Below are positions 32,222-43,646 of a stretch of DNA of 53,408 nucleotides, one piece after another (the first letter of the stretch is position 1; every line of letters starts with the position of its first letter). The DNA is from an uncultured Clostridia bacterium (GTDB taxonomy: Bacteria > Bacillota > Clostridia > TANB77 > CAG-508): the NCBI GenBank assembly GCA_944388735.1, contig CALXJX010000006.1, positions 1 through 53,408 of the forward strand. The letters are read 5' to 3'. The position numbers were made by a program, and so were the translations under genes. The notes under the pieces are model-generated. The model saw only the letters and a program-made list of their open reading frames with translations, was not told where the DNA came from and made no database searches.

Positions 32222-35200
32222 CTAACGTTCCACTTCAATCTTCAAATTTTCCCCATTAATATTTGTGTCAACATATCCTTTTCTTTCTGCTTCGTAAATA
32301 ATATTATTAGCCAAAGTATCATGTTTAATTATATCTTCAAACTTCCTCATAATATTTTCTACTTTTTCATTACCAGTTACATATAAGTTAATTCTGTCTA
32401 GAACTTCGAATCCGCTATCTTTTCTCATATTTTGTACTTTTGATAATACTTCTCTTAGAATTCCTTCTTCTTCTAATTCTGGTGTTATTGTTGTATCTAA
32501 TACAACTCCAATTTCACCTTCCCCACTGAAGGCAAATCCTTCTTTTCCTTGCATTGTTACAAGTAAGTTTTCAGAATTCAATCCAATTTGAGTATCATCA
32601 ATTTCAATGTATTCTACTCCGCCATTTTTCACAGTATTTGCTAAGTCCATTTGATTTTTCTTAGCGATTTCTTCTTTTATTCTAGGTATTAGCCTTCCAT
32701 ATTCTTTTCCTAACACTGGTAAATTTGGTTTTATTTCAAAATTTACATACTCTGACATTTCTGCTCCTAGTTTTACTTCTTTTACGTTTAATTCTTCTTT
32801 TACAATGTCTGCATAGTATTCTGGAAGTGTGTCTATTGAAATTAACATTTCTGATAATGGCTGTCTGTTCTTGATATTTACAGAATTTCTAGCACTTCTT
32901 CCTAATTTTACAATTTTATATGCTAAATCCATTTCTTTTTCTAATTCTTTATCTATTACTTTTTCATCTACTTCTGGCCATGAACATAAATGTATACTTT
33001 CTGGCTCTGTTTTATCTAACCCTACTACTAGATTTTGATATATTTCTTCTGTTATAAATGGTACAAATGGTGCTGATATCTTACACAAGTCTACCAATAC
33101 TTTATATAATGTTACATAAGCACCAATTTTATCATCTGTTAATTCTTGGCTCCAAAATCTTTCTCTATTTCTTCTAACATACCAATTTGATAAGCTATCT
33201 GTAAATTCTTCTATTTCGATTGCGGCTCCTGTTATATCATAGTTTTCTAGTTTGTTGTCTACGTCTTTTATTAATGTGTTTAACTTTGATATAATCCATT
33301 TATCCATAACATTTGTTATTTTAAAATCTTTATATTCTAATGGATTAAATTTATCAATTTCTGCATATAGTACATAGAATGAATACACATTCCACAATGT
33401 ACTTAAAAATCCTCTTTGAGTTTCTTTTACATTATCTAAAGATAATCGTGTAGGTAACCATGGTGCACTACATGTATAGAAATGCCACCTTGTGCTATCT
33501 GCTCCTACTGTGTTTAATAGTTCCATTGGATCTACACCATTTCCCTTTGATTTAGACATTTTTTGTCCTTTTTCATCTAATACATGTCCTAAAACTATAC
33601 AATTTTCAAATGGTGTTCTTCCAAATAACGCTGTTCCTACTGCTGTTAATGTATAAAACCAGCCTCTTGTTTGATCTATTGCTTCTGAAATGAATTGTGC
33701 TGGAAAGTTATTGTCAAACATTTCTTTATTTTCAAATGGATAGTGCCATTGTGCAAAAGGCATTGAACCTGAATCAAACCAACAATCTATTACTTCTTTT
33801 GCTCTATGCATTTTTTTACCACATTTTGGGCATTTTAATTCTACTGCATCTATATATGGTTTATGTAATTCGATATCTTCAGGTACGTCAATTCCCTTTT
33901 CTTTTAGTTCTGCAATAGAACCTATACATTCTTGATGTCCACAGTTTTCGTCTTCACAAGTCCAGATTGGAAGTGGTGTTCCCCAATATCTATCTCTTGA
34001 GATTCCCCAGTCTATAACATTTTCTAAGAATTTTCCAAATCTTCCTGTTTTGATTGTTTCTGGATACCAATTAACTTTGCTATTGTTTTCAACTAATTCA
34101 TCTCTTAGTTTACTCATAGCAACAAACCAACTTTCTTTTGGATAATATAATAATGGTGTATCACATCTCCAGCAGTGTGGATATGAATGCAAATGTTTTT
34201 CTTTGCTAAATAATTTGTTCTCTTGTTTTAACCATTTACAAATATCTTCATTACAATCTCTTACAAATCTTCCAGCAAATGGTTCTACATCTTTTACAAA
34301 TTTTCCTTCTCTATCTACTAAATTAATAAATGTTATTCCATTTTGTTTAGCAACTATGCTATCATCTTCACCATAAGCAGGTGCTATATGAACTATTCCT
34401 GTACCGTCTGTTAATGTTACATAGTCTCCATGAATAACTTCAAAAGCTTTTCCTTCAACTTTTCCAAATGGCATTAATCTTTCATATTTTGTTCCTAATA
34501 ATTCTTCACCTTTAAATGTTTTTATTAAATCATAAGGTGTTTCTTTTAATACAGTTTCTATTAAGTCTTTTGCTAAAATATAATTTTCATATATTGGTTC
34601 ATCATCTGTTCCAATATTAGCTTTTACTTCAGCATATTCATAAGATTTATTTACGCAAAGAGCTAAGTTTGATGGTAATGTCCATGGTGTTGTTGTCCAT
34701 GCTAAAATATATGTATCTTTGTCAAATTTTTGTCCGTCAACAACTTTGAATTTTGCAATACATGTTAAATCTTTTACATCTTTATATCCTTGTGCTACTT
34801 CATGTGATGATAATGCTGTTCCACATCTTGGACAATATGGCATAACTTTATGCCCTTCATAAAGAAGCCCTTTTTCCCACATTTGTTTTAGTGCCCACCA
34901 TACAGATTCAATATATTCATTATGATATGTAACATAAGGATTTTCCATATCTACCCAAAATCCGACTTTATTAGTCATTTCTTCCCATAAATGAACATAT
35001 TCAAATACACTTTCTTTACATTGCTTAACAAATTTTTCAACACCATATTCTTCTATTTGCTGTTTTCCTGAAATTCCTAGTTTTTTTTCTATTTCAAGTT
35101 CTACTGGTAATCCATGTGTATCCCAACCTGCTTTTCTAATTACTCTGTATCCTTTCATTACTTTATATCTAGGAATTAAATCTTTTATAACCCTTGTCTC

Positions 35201-35377
35201 GATATGTCCAACATGTGGTTTTCCATTTGCTGTTGGTGGTCCGTCATAAAATGTAAAATATCTTTTCCCTTGATTTCCATTAAGGCTTTTCTTTATGATG
35301 TCTTTATCCTTCCACATTTTTGCTACATCGTTTTCCATTCCTACAAAACCTTTTTGCAATTCAACTTTTTTGTACAT
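32222..35377 (-). CDS. ileS: Isoleucine-tRNA ligase (type 2-like)
   Basis: [42 protein letters not shown]; 1051 aa; Ile T-box upstream. Confidence 0.96.
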   Translation of the reverse strand: MYKKVELQKGFVGMENDVAKMWKDKDIIKKSLNGNQGKRYFTFYDGPPTANGKPHVGHIETRVIKDLIPRYKVMKGYRVIRKAGWDTHGLPVELEIEKKLGISGKQQIEEYGVEKFVKQCKESVFEYVHLWEEMTNKVGFWVDMENPYVTYHNEYIESVWWALKQMWEKGLLYEGHKVMPYCPRCGTALSSHEVAQGYKDVKDLTCIAKFKVVDGQKFDKDTYILAWTTTPWTLPSNLALCVNKSYEYAEVKANIGTDDEPIYENYILAKDLIETVLKETPYDLIKTFKGEELLGTKYERLMPFGKVEGKAFEVIHGDYVTLTDGTGIVHIAPAYGEDDSIVAKQNGITFINLVDREGKFVKDVEPFAGRFVRDCNEDICKWLKQENKLFSKEKHLHSYPHCWRCDTPLLYYPKESWFVAMSKLRDELVENNSKVNWYPETIKTGRFGKFLENVIDWGISRDRYWGTPLPIWTCEDENCGHQECIGSIAELKEKGIDVPEDIELHKPYIDAVELKCPKCGKKMHRAKEVIDCWFDSGSMPFAQWHYPFENKEMFDNNFPAQFISEAIDQTRGWFYTLTAVGTALFGRTPFENCIVLGHVLDEKGQKMSKSKGNGVDPMELLNTVGADSTRWHFYTCSAPWLPTRLSLDNVKETQRGFLSTLWNVYSFYVLYAEIDKFNPLEYKDFKITNVMDKWIISKLNTLIKDVDNKLENYDITGAAIEIEEFTDSLSNWYVRRNRERFWSQELTDDKIGAYVTLYKVLVDLCKISAPFVPFITEEIYQNLVVGLDKTEPESIHLCSWPEVDEKVIDKELEKEMDLAYKIVKLGRSARNSVNIKNRQPLSEMLISIDTLPEYYADIVKEELNVKEVKLGAEMSEYVNFEIKPNLPVLGKEYGRLIPRIKEEIAKKNQMDLANTVKNGGVEYIEIDDTQIGLNSENLLVTMQGKEGFAFSGEGEIGVVLDTTITPELEEEGILREVLSKVQNMRKDSGFEVLDRINLYVTGNEKVENIMRKFEDIIKHDTLANNIIYEAERKGYVDTNINGENLKIEVER

Positions 35378-35433
35378 AAAAATTCCTCCTTTATTTTTTT
35401 ATAACTTTCAAAATAGGAAATACAATTAACTCT

Positions 35434-35600
35434 AATGGAACAAATCGGAAAGCCTTAAAATTCGTACTAATTTAATCTTTTCTCGTTGGCTTTCCGTAAA
35501 TTTGTTCTGTGCCAATTTTACGCAAGTAAAATTGTGTGCATTCGTTGGAGCGCAGCGACTTTTATACAATAGGAAAGGATGACTTTCCTATTGTATAAAA
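35434..35600. repeat. Family C structured repeat, copy 1
   Basis: Near-identical to 40558-40696 and 49117-49286. Confidence 0.85.
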
Positions 35601-35900
35601 ATAAGAAGCTATTTTATCCTACATAAAATAGGACGAAATAGCTTCTCATTCCGCGGTACCACCTAATTTGATTAATTTTTTTATCAATTATCAAAAAGTT
35701 TATATATATTATGATAATATTTAATCTAATTAACCCTCTTATTTATCTTTAACGCAGATTTACGACTATACTTACTAGTTTCAGTATAATAACAGTTAGG
35801 TGATAATAAATGACTTTTACTTTCCCAATTTTCAGCTACCTCGGGCTCTCTTTTAAGATATTGTGCCATTTACCGTGTCCTGACTATTGTTTTTCGACTT
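35600..35900 (-). promoter_or_regulatory. T-box riboswitch (Ile)
   Basis: AGAGA and GCTGAAA stem I motifs, ATC specifier, AATTAGGTGGTACCGCG T-box (35652-35668), terminator agaagctattt/aaatagcttct; promoter TTGCAT-16-TATAAT at 35917-35944. Confidence 0.9.
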
Positions 35901-36016
35901 TTATTAATTGTTTAATATTATATCATGTTTTTTTCAAAATGCAAGCAGGTTTTACTAAATTCATGAATATTTTTAAAAATTAGATTAAAAATATTAATTG
36001 AGGTGTATATAATTTA

Positions 36017-36670
36017 ATGAATCAAATACTGATAACAAATTTAAAAAGCAAAACAATAAACAAAAAGAAATTTTTTAAAATTCAGCTTATATTATCTGTT
36101 ATTGCAATATTAATCTTTGCGGGTTTTTATATATTTTACAAAATTAAACTAGATAAAAGGGAAAAATTCTCTAATTCTCTAATCAAAAATTATAACATAC
36201 TTAAATTATATTCTTCCAATAACCACTCAGCATCAAATGAAAGCATTAATAATCAAACTGATAATATATCATCTAACAGTTTAGTTATTGGAGTCATAGA
36301 AATTCCTAAAATAAATTTATTCTACCCTATCTTTTCCGAATTAAGTGATGATTTATTAAAAGTATCTCCATGCAGATTTTATGGAGAAATGCCAGATAAA
36401 AATAGTAATTTATGTATTGCTGGTCATAATTATGATAATGACAAATTTTTTAGCCACATTCCGTCTCTAAATTATGATGATGAAATTATAATTCACGACA
36501 ATTTTGGTAATAGTTTTTTCTATACTGTAATCAAAAATTATGAAGTAGAAGAAAATGATTTGTCTCCAATTTATGATAAACTTTCTAATTCTTATGAATT
36601 AACATTAATTACTTGTAATAATATTAACAATAATAGAATTATTATTAAGGCAAAAAAGAAAGTACAATAA
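36017..36670 (+). CDS. Sortase
   Basis: N-terminal TM; IEIPKI, IAGHN, LTLITC and downstream Arg (His-Cys-Arg triad). Confidence 0.9.
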   Translation: MNQILITNLKSKTINKKKFFKIQLILSVIAILIFAGFYIFYKIKLDKREKFSNSLIKNYNILKLYSSNNHSASNESINNQTDNISSNSLVIGVIEIPKINLFYPIFSELSDDLLKVSPCRFYGEMPDKNSNLCIAGHNYDNDKFFSHIPSLNYDDEIIIHDNFGNSFFYTVIKNYEVEENDLSPIYDKLSNSYELTLITCNNINNNRIIIKAKKKVQ

Positions 36671-36745
36671 TGTACTTTCTAAATTTCTTTTCAATGCTTG
36701 ATAATGTTATTTTATATCTAATATCTATATCTTTACTTTTAATTT

Positions 36746-37144
36746 TTATATATTTCTATAATCTTTTATCTTTTTATAAGCATATATTGCTGATATTCCA
36801 AAAACTACTACTAATAAGACAGTTGGCATTGAATCTCCTATACCTGTTTTTGGTAAATTTGTATTTGTTGCATTAGTATTTCCTCTTGTATTATTTCCTG
36901 ATGAAATTAAATTTGTTGATAATCCTGTATTTGTTCTATTGGTGTTATTTGAATTATTTCCTGATGTATTATTACCTGCTGTATTTCCTGATGATGTATT
37001 ATTTGCTGAATTAGATGTTAAATCTAAGTCTTCAACATTATCTAAATCTTCAATATCTGTTGCAGATACAAAACTTGTCATTGAAATGCAGATTACAGAT
37101 ATTAACATAATTAAAAACATTTTCATTGCTACTGATTTTTTCAT
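36746..37144 (-). CDS. Small LPXTG cell-wall-anchored Asn/Thr/Ser-rich protein
   Basis: Signal peptide, low-complexity core, LPKTG, TM helix and basic tail. Confidence 0.85.
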   Translation of the reverse strand: MKKSVAMKMFLIMLISVICISMTSFVSATDIEDLDNVEDLDLTSNSANNTSSGNTAGNNTSGNNSNNTNRTNTGLSTNLISSGNNTRGNTNATNTNLPKTGIGDSMPTVLLVVVFGISAIYAYKKIKDYRNI

Positions 37145-37366
37145 ATTATCTCTCCTTACTTATTAGTATATCCTTTATTATTATTCTACAACTGCAAATT
37201 ATTATACAACAAAATTACAATAATTGCAAGTTTTATTCGATATACTAGTTTGTTCATTTGTTTTTCTATTTCTATAATATACTTATTCATATAATAAGTC
37301 AATAGTTTTTTCATTATTTTATTTTACAATTATATTACAGCTTCGTTACATTTATTTTTCGACATA

Positions 37367-38458
37367 TTATACATTAAACTTAAATAGCACAATGTCTCCA
37401 TCTTGCATGATATACTCTTTTCCTTCTGAACGTACCAACCCTTTTTCCCTTGCAGCTACCATTGAACCTTCTCTTATTAAATCGTCAAAGCCGACAACTT
37501 CTGCTTTTATAAATCCTCTTTCAATATCTGAATGTATTTTCCCAGCAGCTTGTGGTGCTTTTGTTCCCTTCTTTATTGTCCATGCTTTTACTTCTGGCTC
37601 TCCTGCCGTTAAAAATGACATTAATCCTAATAAATCATAACTTTTTTTAATGACTTTGTCCAATCCAGATTCATCTAATCCAAGTGCTTCTAGCATTTCT
37701 TTTTTATCTTGTTCCTCTAAGCTAGATAATTCTTCTTCAATTTTTACACACAAAGGAATAACTTCCGCTTTTTCGTTTAATGCATAATCTTTTACTTGTT
37801 TTACAAATTTATCATTATCTGCATCTTCTAATTGTTCTTCAGAAACATTTGCAATGTATAATATTGGTTTTGTTGTTAATAAAAACATTTCTTTTACTAA
37901 AACTTGCTCATCTTCATTAAAATCTAATGTTCTTGCTGACTTTCCTTCTTCCAATGTTTTTAAAATCTTTTCTAACAAATCTATTTCTTCCTGATATTTC
38001 TTATCTGCTTTCAAATTTTTTCTAGCTTTATCTAATCTTTTATTTACAGTTTCTATATCAGCGAATATTAATTCTAAATTAATGGTTTCAATATCTCTTA
38101 CTGGGTTCACACTTCCGTCAACATGTACAACATTTGAATCCTCAAAACATCTTACCACTTCTACAATAGCATCTGTTTCACGAATATGTGACAAAAATTT
38201 ATTTCCTAATCCTTCACCTTTACTTGCTCCTTTAACAAGTCCTGCTATATCTACAAATTCAATAACAGCGGGTGTCGTTTTTTGAGGGTGATACATTTCT
38301 GTCAATTTATCTAATCTTTCATCAGGCACTGGTACAACACCTACATTAGGTTCTATTGTACAGAATGGGTAATTTGCACATTCTGCACCTGCCTTTGTTA
38401 TACTATTAAATAATGTACTTTTTCCTACATTTGGTAAACCTACTATTCCTAATTTCAT
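37367..38458 (-). CDS. ychF: Redox-regulated ATPase YchF
   Basis: GIVGLPNVGKSTLFN, NYPFCTIEPN, DIAGLVKGAS, C-terminal TGS. Confidence 0.97.
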   Translation of the reverse strand: MKLGIVGLPNVGKSTLFNSITKAGAECANYPFCTIEPNVGVVPVPDERLDKLTEMYHPQKTTPAVIEFVDIAGLVKGASKGEGLGNKFLSHIRETDAIVEVVRCFEDSNVVHVDGSVNPVRDIETINLELIFADIETVNKRLDKARKNLKADKKYQEEIDLLEKILKTLEEGKSARTLDFNEDEQVLVKEMFLLTTKPILYIANVSEEQLEDADNDKFVKQVKDYALNEKAEVIPLCVKIEEELSSLEEQDKKEMLEALGLDESGLDKVIKKSYDLLGLMSFLTAGEPEVKAWTIKKGTKAPQAAGKIHSDIERGFIKAEVVGFDDLIREGSMVAAREKGLVRSEGKEYIMQDGDIVLFKFNV

Positions 38459-38473
38459 CTCAAATAATTTATA

Positions 38474-38522
38474 CTCCTTGTATAATATATATTTGGGTTT
38501 TTAAAAGGTTGCCCATAAACCT
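38474..38522 (-). promoter_or_regulatory. Conserved leader motif E, copy 2
   Basis: AGGTTTATGGGCAACCTTTTAAAAACCCAAATATATATTATACAAGGAG on - strand. Confidence 0.6.
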
Positions 38523-38587
38523 ATGCTTTGTTAAAATTTAATATAAGCAAAATATAATAATTATAAATCACTTAATATTAAAATTTT

Positions 38588-40516
38588 TTATTTAGTCTTA
38601 TTTTTTATTTCTTTTTTTATTTTTTCTATAAATTCATCAACTTTCATATTCCCTTCGTCTCCATTTTCTCTAGATCGAACAGAAACTAAATTCTCCTCAA
38701 CCTCTTTCTGTCCAACAACTAGCATATATGGAACTTTTTCAAGTTGTGCTTCTCTAATTTTATACCCTATTTTTTCATTTCTATCATCAACTTCTACTCT
38801 AATTTCTTCTTTTCTAAATTCATCTTGTAATTTATGAGCATATTTATGTTGATTATCTGTAATTGGTAATATTTTTACTTGTGTAGGTGACAACCATACA
38901 GGGAATGCACCTTTTGTTTCTTCTATTAAGAAACACATGAATCTATCTGATGTACCAAGAATCGCTCTATGAATAACAACAGGTCTATGTTTTTCTCCGT
39001 CTTCTCCTATATATTCTAGCTTAAATCTTTCTGGTAATAAGAAATCTAATTGGCATGTTGAAACTGTTACATCATGTCCTATTGATGATTTTAATTGAAC
39101 ATCTAATTTAGGACCATAAAAAGCTGCTTCTCCTTCTGCTTCGTAAAAATTAATTCCTAATTCTGTTAGAATTTCTCTTAACTGATTTTCTGCTTTTTCC
39201 CACATTTCATCATCATCAAAATATTTATGCTTATCGTTTTTATCTCTTAATGATAATCTAAATTCATAATCTTTAAATCCAAAATCTTTGTATACAGAAA
39301 GTATTAATTCTACTACTTTTCCTACTTCTTCTTTAATTTGATCTGGTCTAACAAATAAATGAGCATCATTTTGACACATTTCACGAACTCTTTCTATTCC
39401 ACAAACACTTCCACTATCTTCATATCTAAAGTCATGTGCTAGCTCTCCTATTCTAATTGGTAAATCTCTATAAGAGTGCATTTTATTTTTATAAACTAAC
39501 ATGTGGTGTGGACAGTTCATTGGTCTTAAAACTAATTCTTCATTATCTAATTTCATGACAGGAAACATATCCTCTTGATAATGGTCCCAGTGACCTGATG
39601 TTTTATACAAATCAACATTTGCAAGAGATGGCGTGTATACATGACTATATCCCATTGCGATTTCTTTGTCTTGTATATATCTTTCCAAAATTCTTCTGAT
39701 AGTAGCACCATTTGGCAAATACATTGGTAAACCTGAACCAACTAAGGGATGAGTCATAAACAATTCTAAATCTTTACCTATTCTTCTATGGTCTCTTTGT
39801 CTTGCCTCTTCTAGCTTTTGTAAATATTCGTCTATTTGGCTCGCTTTTGGAAAAGATATTGCATAAATTCTTTGTAACATTTTATTATGCTCGTCACCTC
39901 TCCAATAAGCTCCTGAAGAAGATAATATTTTTACAGCCTTAATCTTTCCTGTACTTAAAACATGAGGTCCAGCACAAAGGTCTGTAAAGTCGCCTTGTTT
40001 ATAAAAGCTGATTTCTTCTCCCTCTGATAATTCATTGATAAGCTCTTGCTTATATGGTTCGTTTTTCATAAGTTCTAAAGCTTCTTTTTTAGATAATGAA
40101 AATTTTTCTATTTCAATGTTTTCCTTAATTATTTTTTTCATTTCTTCTTCTATTTTAGCTTTGTCATCATCACTAAATGGTTTTTCTACATCAAAATCAT
40201 AATAAAATCCATTTTCAATTGCTGGTCCTATTGCAAGTTTACTATTTGGAAATAGTCTTTTTACAGCTTGTGCCATAATATGTGATGTTGTATGCCAATA
40301 AGCTTTTTTTCCTTCTAAATCGTCGTCTTTAAATGTATGAATTACTACTTGACAGTCCTCATTTAATACATATCTTAAATCTTTAATTTCTCCGTCTACT
40401 TCTCCACAAGTAGCATTTCTTGCAAGCCCTTCACTAATCTTTTGAGCTACATCTAGTATAGTTGCTCCTTTTTCTACTTCTAAAGTAGAATCATCTTTTA
40501 AACTTACTTTAATCAT
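38588..40516 (-). CDS. thrS: Threonine-tRNA ligase
   Basis: TGS domain, HTTSH, DLCAGPH, RPMNCPHH, AFYGPKLD. Confidence 0.97.
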   Translation of the reverse strand: MIKVSLKDDSTLEVEKGATILDVAQKISEGLARNATCGEVDGEIKDLRYVLNEDCQVVIHTFKDDDLEGKKAYWHTTSHIMAQAVKRLFPNSKLAIGPAIENGFYYDFDVEKPFSDDDKAKIEEEMKKIIKENIEIEKFSLSKKEALELMKNEPYKQELINELSEGEEISFYKQGDFTDLCAGPHVLSTGKIKAVKILSSSGAYWRGDEHNKMLQRIYAISFPKASQIDEYLQKLEEARQRDHRRIGKDLELFMTHPLVGSGLPMYLPNGATIRRILERYIQDKEIAMGYSHVYTPSLANVDLYKTSGHWDHYQEDMFPVMKLDNEELVLRPMNCPHHMLVYKNKMHSYRDLPIRIGELAHDFRYEDSGSVCGIERVREMCQNDAHLFVRPDQIKEEVGKVVELILSVYKDFGFKDYEFRLSLRDKNDKHKYFDDDEMWEKAENQLREILTELGINFYEAEGEAAFYGPKLDVQLKSSIGHDVTVSTCQLDFLLPERFKLEYIGEDGEKHRPVVIHRAILGTSDRFMCFLIEETKGAFPVWLSPTQVKILPITDNQHKYAHKLQDEFRKEEIRVEVDDRNEKIGYKIREAQLEKVPYMLVVGQKEVEENLVSVRSRENGDEGNMKVDEFIEKIKKEIKNKTK

Positions 40517-40557
40517 AAAAATTCCTCCTTTTATTTCATTGGAAATGCTTTTTATTT

Positions 40558-40696
40558 TGTACTAATTTAATCTTTTCTCGTTGGCTTTCCGTAAATTTGT
40601 TCTGCGCCAATTTTACGCAAGTAAAATTGTATGCATTCGTTGGGGCGCAGCGACTTTTATACACTAAGAAAGGATGACTTTCCTAGTGTATAAAAA
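40558..40696. repeat. Family C structured repeat, copy 2 (truncated)
   Basis: Matches 35464-35600; terminal hairpin shows paired changes (atacactaagaaag/ctttcctagtgtat). Confidence 0.85.
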
Positions 40697-40915
40697 AAAG
40701 CTCCAATGGATTATATATCCATAGGAGTGTATTTTTTACACGGTTCCATCCTATATTTCACTTAATTTCAGATTGTAACGTATCTTACACGTTTGGCTTA
40801 CTCACCAAAACTTTAAAGAGGTAGTTTTTCAAATATGTTTTCTTGAGTTGGCTTCCAGCCATTGACCAACTTTCTCTATAAGTAACCTTTATTTTACTTT
40901 TTCTCTTATTAGCTT
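40692..40915 (-). promoter_or_regulatory. T-box riboswitch (Thr)
   Basis: AGAGA and GCTGGAA motifs, ACT/ACC specifier, AGGATGGAACCGTG T-box, terminator ctcctatggat/atccattggag plus T-run; promoter TTGACA-17-TAAAAT at 40925-40953. Confidence 0.85.
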
Positions 40916-41028
40916 TACATTCATATTTTAGTACTTTTTTGGCTGATTGTCAATAACACAATTCTAAATTCTAAAAAAATTATTTACTTTCCTTTACTAT
41001 TATGCTATAATTTTTTATGTATTAAGTT

Positions 41029-41104
41029 GCTTGCATAGCTCAGTCGGTAGAGTGCAGCCTTGGTAAGGCTGAGGTCACGGGTTCGATTCCCGTTGTAAGC
41101 TCCA
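41029..41104 (+). tRNA. tRNA-Thr(GGT)
   Basis: 76-nt cloverleaf; anticodon arm cagcc-ttGGTaa-ggctg; GGTTCGATTCC; encoded CCA. Confidence 0.96.
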
Positions 41105-41114
41105 AAAATATTTA

Positions 41115-41762
41115 TTATTCATTAAACATACTCTTTATTGCTTTTTTTCTAATTCTTTGAATAGCATTATCGACTGACTTTACAGGTGAATCAAGCTTTT
41201 CAGCTATTACTATATAACTTTCACCTTTTATATATCTTTCTAAAACTTGTTTTTCAAACTTACTTAATGACTTTTCAATAACTTTTTGGATTTCTTCGTA
41301 ATATTCTTTTTTAGTAATTGTCTCCAATGGATCTTCCATTGTTTTACTATCAAACGTATCTATTAATTCTACACTATCATCATCTTCATTATTGTTATAT
41401 GCAGAAAGATTTAATGACAAATATGAATTTAATGGTGCATGTTTTTGTCTATTAGAAGTTTTAATCGCTGTAATTAACTGCCTTTCTATACACATATTAG
41501 CAAATGTTTTAAATGCATTTTGTTTTTCTGCATTAAAAGTTTTAATAGCCTTAAAAAGTCCTATCATTCCTTCTTGCACAATATCTTCTTTTTCTGCACC
41601 AATCATAAAATATTTTCCAACTTTCATGTTTACAAGCTCTTTATATTTATTCAATAAATATGTTAAAGCTTGTTCGTCTCCTTGTTTTATCTGTGATATT
41701 ATCTCTTCGTCTGTTAATTTACCATAATTGTCTGTTGAAAAAAATACATTTTCTTTTTGCAT
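41115..41762 (-). CDS. sigH: RNA polymerase sporulation sigma factor SigH
   Basis: YFMIGAEKEDIVQEGMIGLFKAI, RQLITAIKTSNRQKHAPLNSY, KSVDNAIQRIRKK; promoter TTGACA-17-TATAAT at 41796-41824. Confidence 0.93.
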   Translation of the reverse strand: MQKENVFFSTDNYGKLTDEEIISQIKQGDEQALTYLLNKYKELVNMKVGKYFMIGAEKEDIVQEGMIGLFKAIKTFNAEKQNAFKTFANMCIERQLITAIKTSNRQKHAPLNSYLSLNLSAYNNNEDDDSVELIDTFDSKTMEDPLETITKKEYYEEIQKVIEKSLSKFEKQVLERYIKGESYIVIAEKLDSPVKSVDNAIQRIRKKAIKSMFNE

Positions 41763-41807
41763 TTGTCAAAATACCTCCAAAAGTCCTTTTACAATATTAT
41801 ATATTTG

Positions 41808-41833
41808 AAAAACCGCCTTGTCAAGCGGTTTTT
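41808..41833. terminator. Intrinsic terminator overlapping the sigH -35 box
   Basis: aaaaaccgc-cttgtcaa-gcggttttt. Confidence 0.7.
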
Positions 41834-43541
41834 ATAAACCAAGCTCTTCTTTTAGCATTGTCCAAACTTCTTCTGTCTCCATTCCTTTCTGCCAAGAAGC
41901 CACTCCTCCTAAATTATTCTCATTTATCAAATTAACCTTTTCCTTTAATGATGCAATATCTTCTATCCATATCTGTTTTTTGTTGTTTCCATCCATGTAC
42001 TCTACATAATTCTGTTTCAGGTCATCATCCCATTGTTTATCTACGCCTTCTGGGATAACACTATCTACATCTTTTACACTTACAGTTTTACTAGTAGTTT
42101 TTCCATTTGAATCTGTTGTCCACACTCTTGTATATAAAGGAATTCCTAATATTATCTTTTCAGGTTCAATTTCTTCAGTTTTTAAAAACTTCTCTAAGCT
42201 TAATTTTACCCAATTATACCCAGCCGTTGTTCCTGCTTTTGTGCTTGAAGCACCATATTGGTCATAAGCCATAAATATAATATAATCTGCCACATCTCCT
42301 ATAACATGTCTATCAAAACATAAAGACCATGTTTCTCCTCCGTCTGGGGCTGTAACATCAACAGAAGTTACCAATCCTATTTCTTTCAATCTAGGTGTTA
42401 ATTCTATAATAAACCTAGAATATAAATCTTTATCTTCTTGTTTCATATTTTCAAAATCTACATTTATTCCGTCTAAATCATATTCTAAGCATTTACTAAC
42501 AATATCTTCTATTAGCTCTTTTCTTTTTTCATAACTATTCATTATCTCAGAAGTAACTGTTAGCCCTGCTTCTGCATTAGAGACCATACTCCATACTTTG
42601 TATCCATTACTATGTGCCCATTCTATATAAGCTCTTCCTTTATCTCCTACATTTTCTTGTAAATTCCCATTGTCATCTAAGTAGAAGAATGAAGGAGAAA
42701 CTACATTCACACCTTCTATAGTTTGTCCACTTCTATCTGGTGCAGATGCAACTGTTGAAAAATAGTCCCAAGTTAAGTTTACTTTTCCTTCGATTTGTTT
42801 TTCTTCTGACATATTTTCTCGAACTGTAATTTCATTTGCTAATTTATCTGATTTTATATATCCTAATTTTCCATTTTGTGTTCTAATTCTTGCATTTCCA
42901 TTTTCGTTAGAAATAACTATAACTGATTCTCCTTTTTTTACTCTATCTACTGTTCTTGCTATAAAATTTGTTGATGATTTTACTGCGACATCAGAAGATA
43001 ATATTGCCTTTTTTTGTTCTCTACTGATAGAATCAATTGTAACTACTTTTGTTTCTTCTATATTTTCTATTTCTATTCCATATACATCTTTCATTTCTGA
43101 TATAGGCAAATATATTGCATCATCTCTTTTTATTGCACTTGCATATATTTTTTTATCAGAACCATTTATATTTATAGTATTTTGCTCAAATCCTATTTCG
43201 GCTATTTTTTTATCATAAGTTGTTATAATTTGATTTGTATCTGGTTCTTCATATATATTTTTGTCAAAAAAGTTTGCTATATCTTGCTTAGATAGATAAA
43301 TAATTCCATTTTCTATTAACACATCTTTTTTTAGGTTTGATGTAATATTTCTATTGTTGATAATAAGGTTTGTTGTTGTATTATTATCCAATATTATATA
43401 ATCATTTGCAATAAAAGCTATAATTCCTAATATAATTATTGCTAATATAATTATTAATGTTTTTATTATCGTTTTTTTCTTCGTAGCTGGTGTTTTCTTT
43501 TTCTTTGGTTCTTTTACTAATTCTCTTTTTCCTTTTCCCAT
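41832..43541 (-). CDS. Membrane-anchored GH18 glycosyl hydrolase with SH3-like domain
   Basis: LDGINVDFE catalytic motif, MAYDQ, KIILGIPLY, LGGVASW; N-terminal TM. Confidence 0.88.
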   Translation of the reverse strand: MGKGKRELVKEPKKKKTPATKKKTIIKTLIIILAIIILGIIAFIANDYIILDNNTTTNLIINNRNITSNLKKDVLIENGIIYLSKQDIANFFDKNIYEEPDTNQIITTYDKKIAEIGFEQNTININGSDKKIYASAIKRDDAIYLPISEMKDVYGIEIENIEETKVVTIDSISREQKKAILSSDVAVKSSTNFIARTVDRVKKGESVIVISNENGNARIRTQNGKLGYIKSDKLANEITVRENMSEEKQIEGKVNLTWDYFSTVASAPDRSGQTIEGVNVVSPSFFYLDDNGNLQENVGDKGRAYIEWAHSNGYKVWSMVSNAEAGLTVTSEIMNSYEKRKELIEDIVSKCLEYDLDGINVDFENMKQEDKDLYSRFIIELTPRLKEIGLVTSVDVTAPDGGETWSLCFDRHVIGDVADYIIFMAYDQYGASSTKAGTTAGYNWVKLSLEKFLKTEEIEPEKIILGIPLYTRVWTTDSNGKTTSKTVSVKDVDSVIPEGVDKQWDDDLKQNYVEYMDGNNKKQIWIEDIASLKEKVNLINENNLGGVASWQKGMETEEVWTMLKEELGL

Positions 43542-43646
43542 GTTATTTGTTTTCCTTTCAAATAATTATTGCTTTTTAATATATCATACTTTGTAATTTA
43601 ATGGAATATTTTTTTAAAATTTTTTGTCTTTTTTGGTAATAATTCG

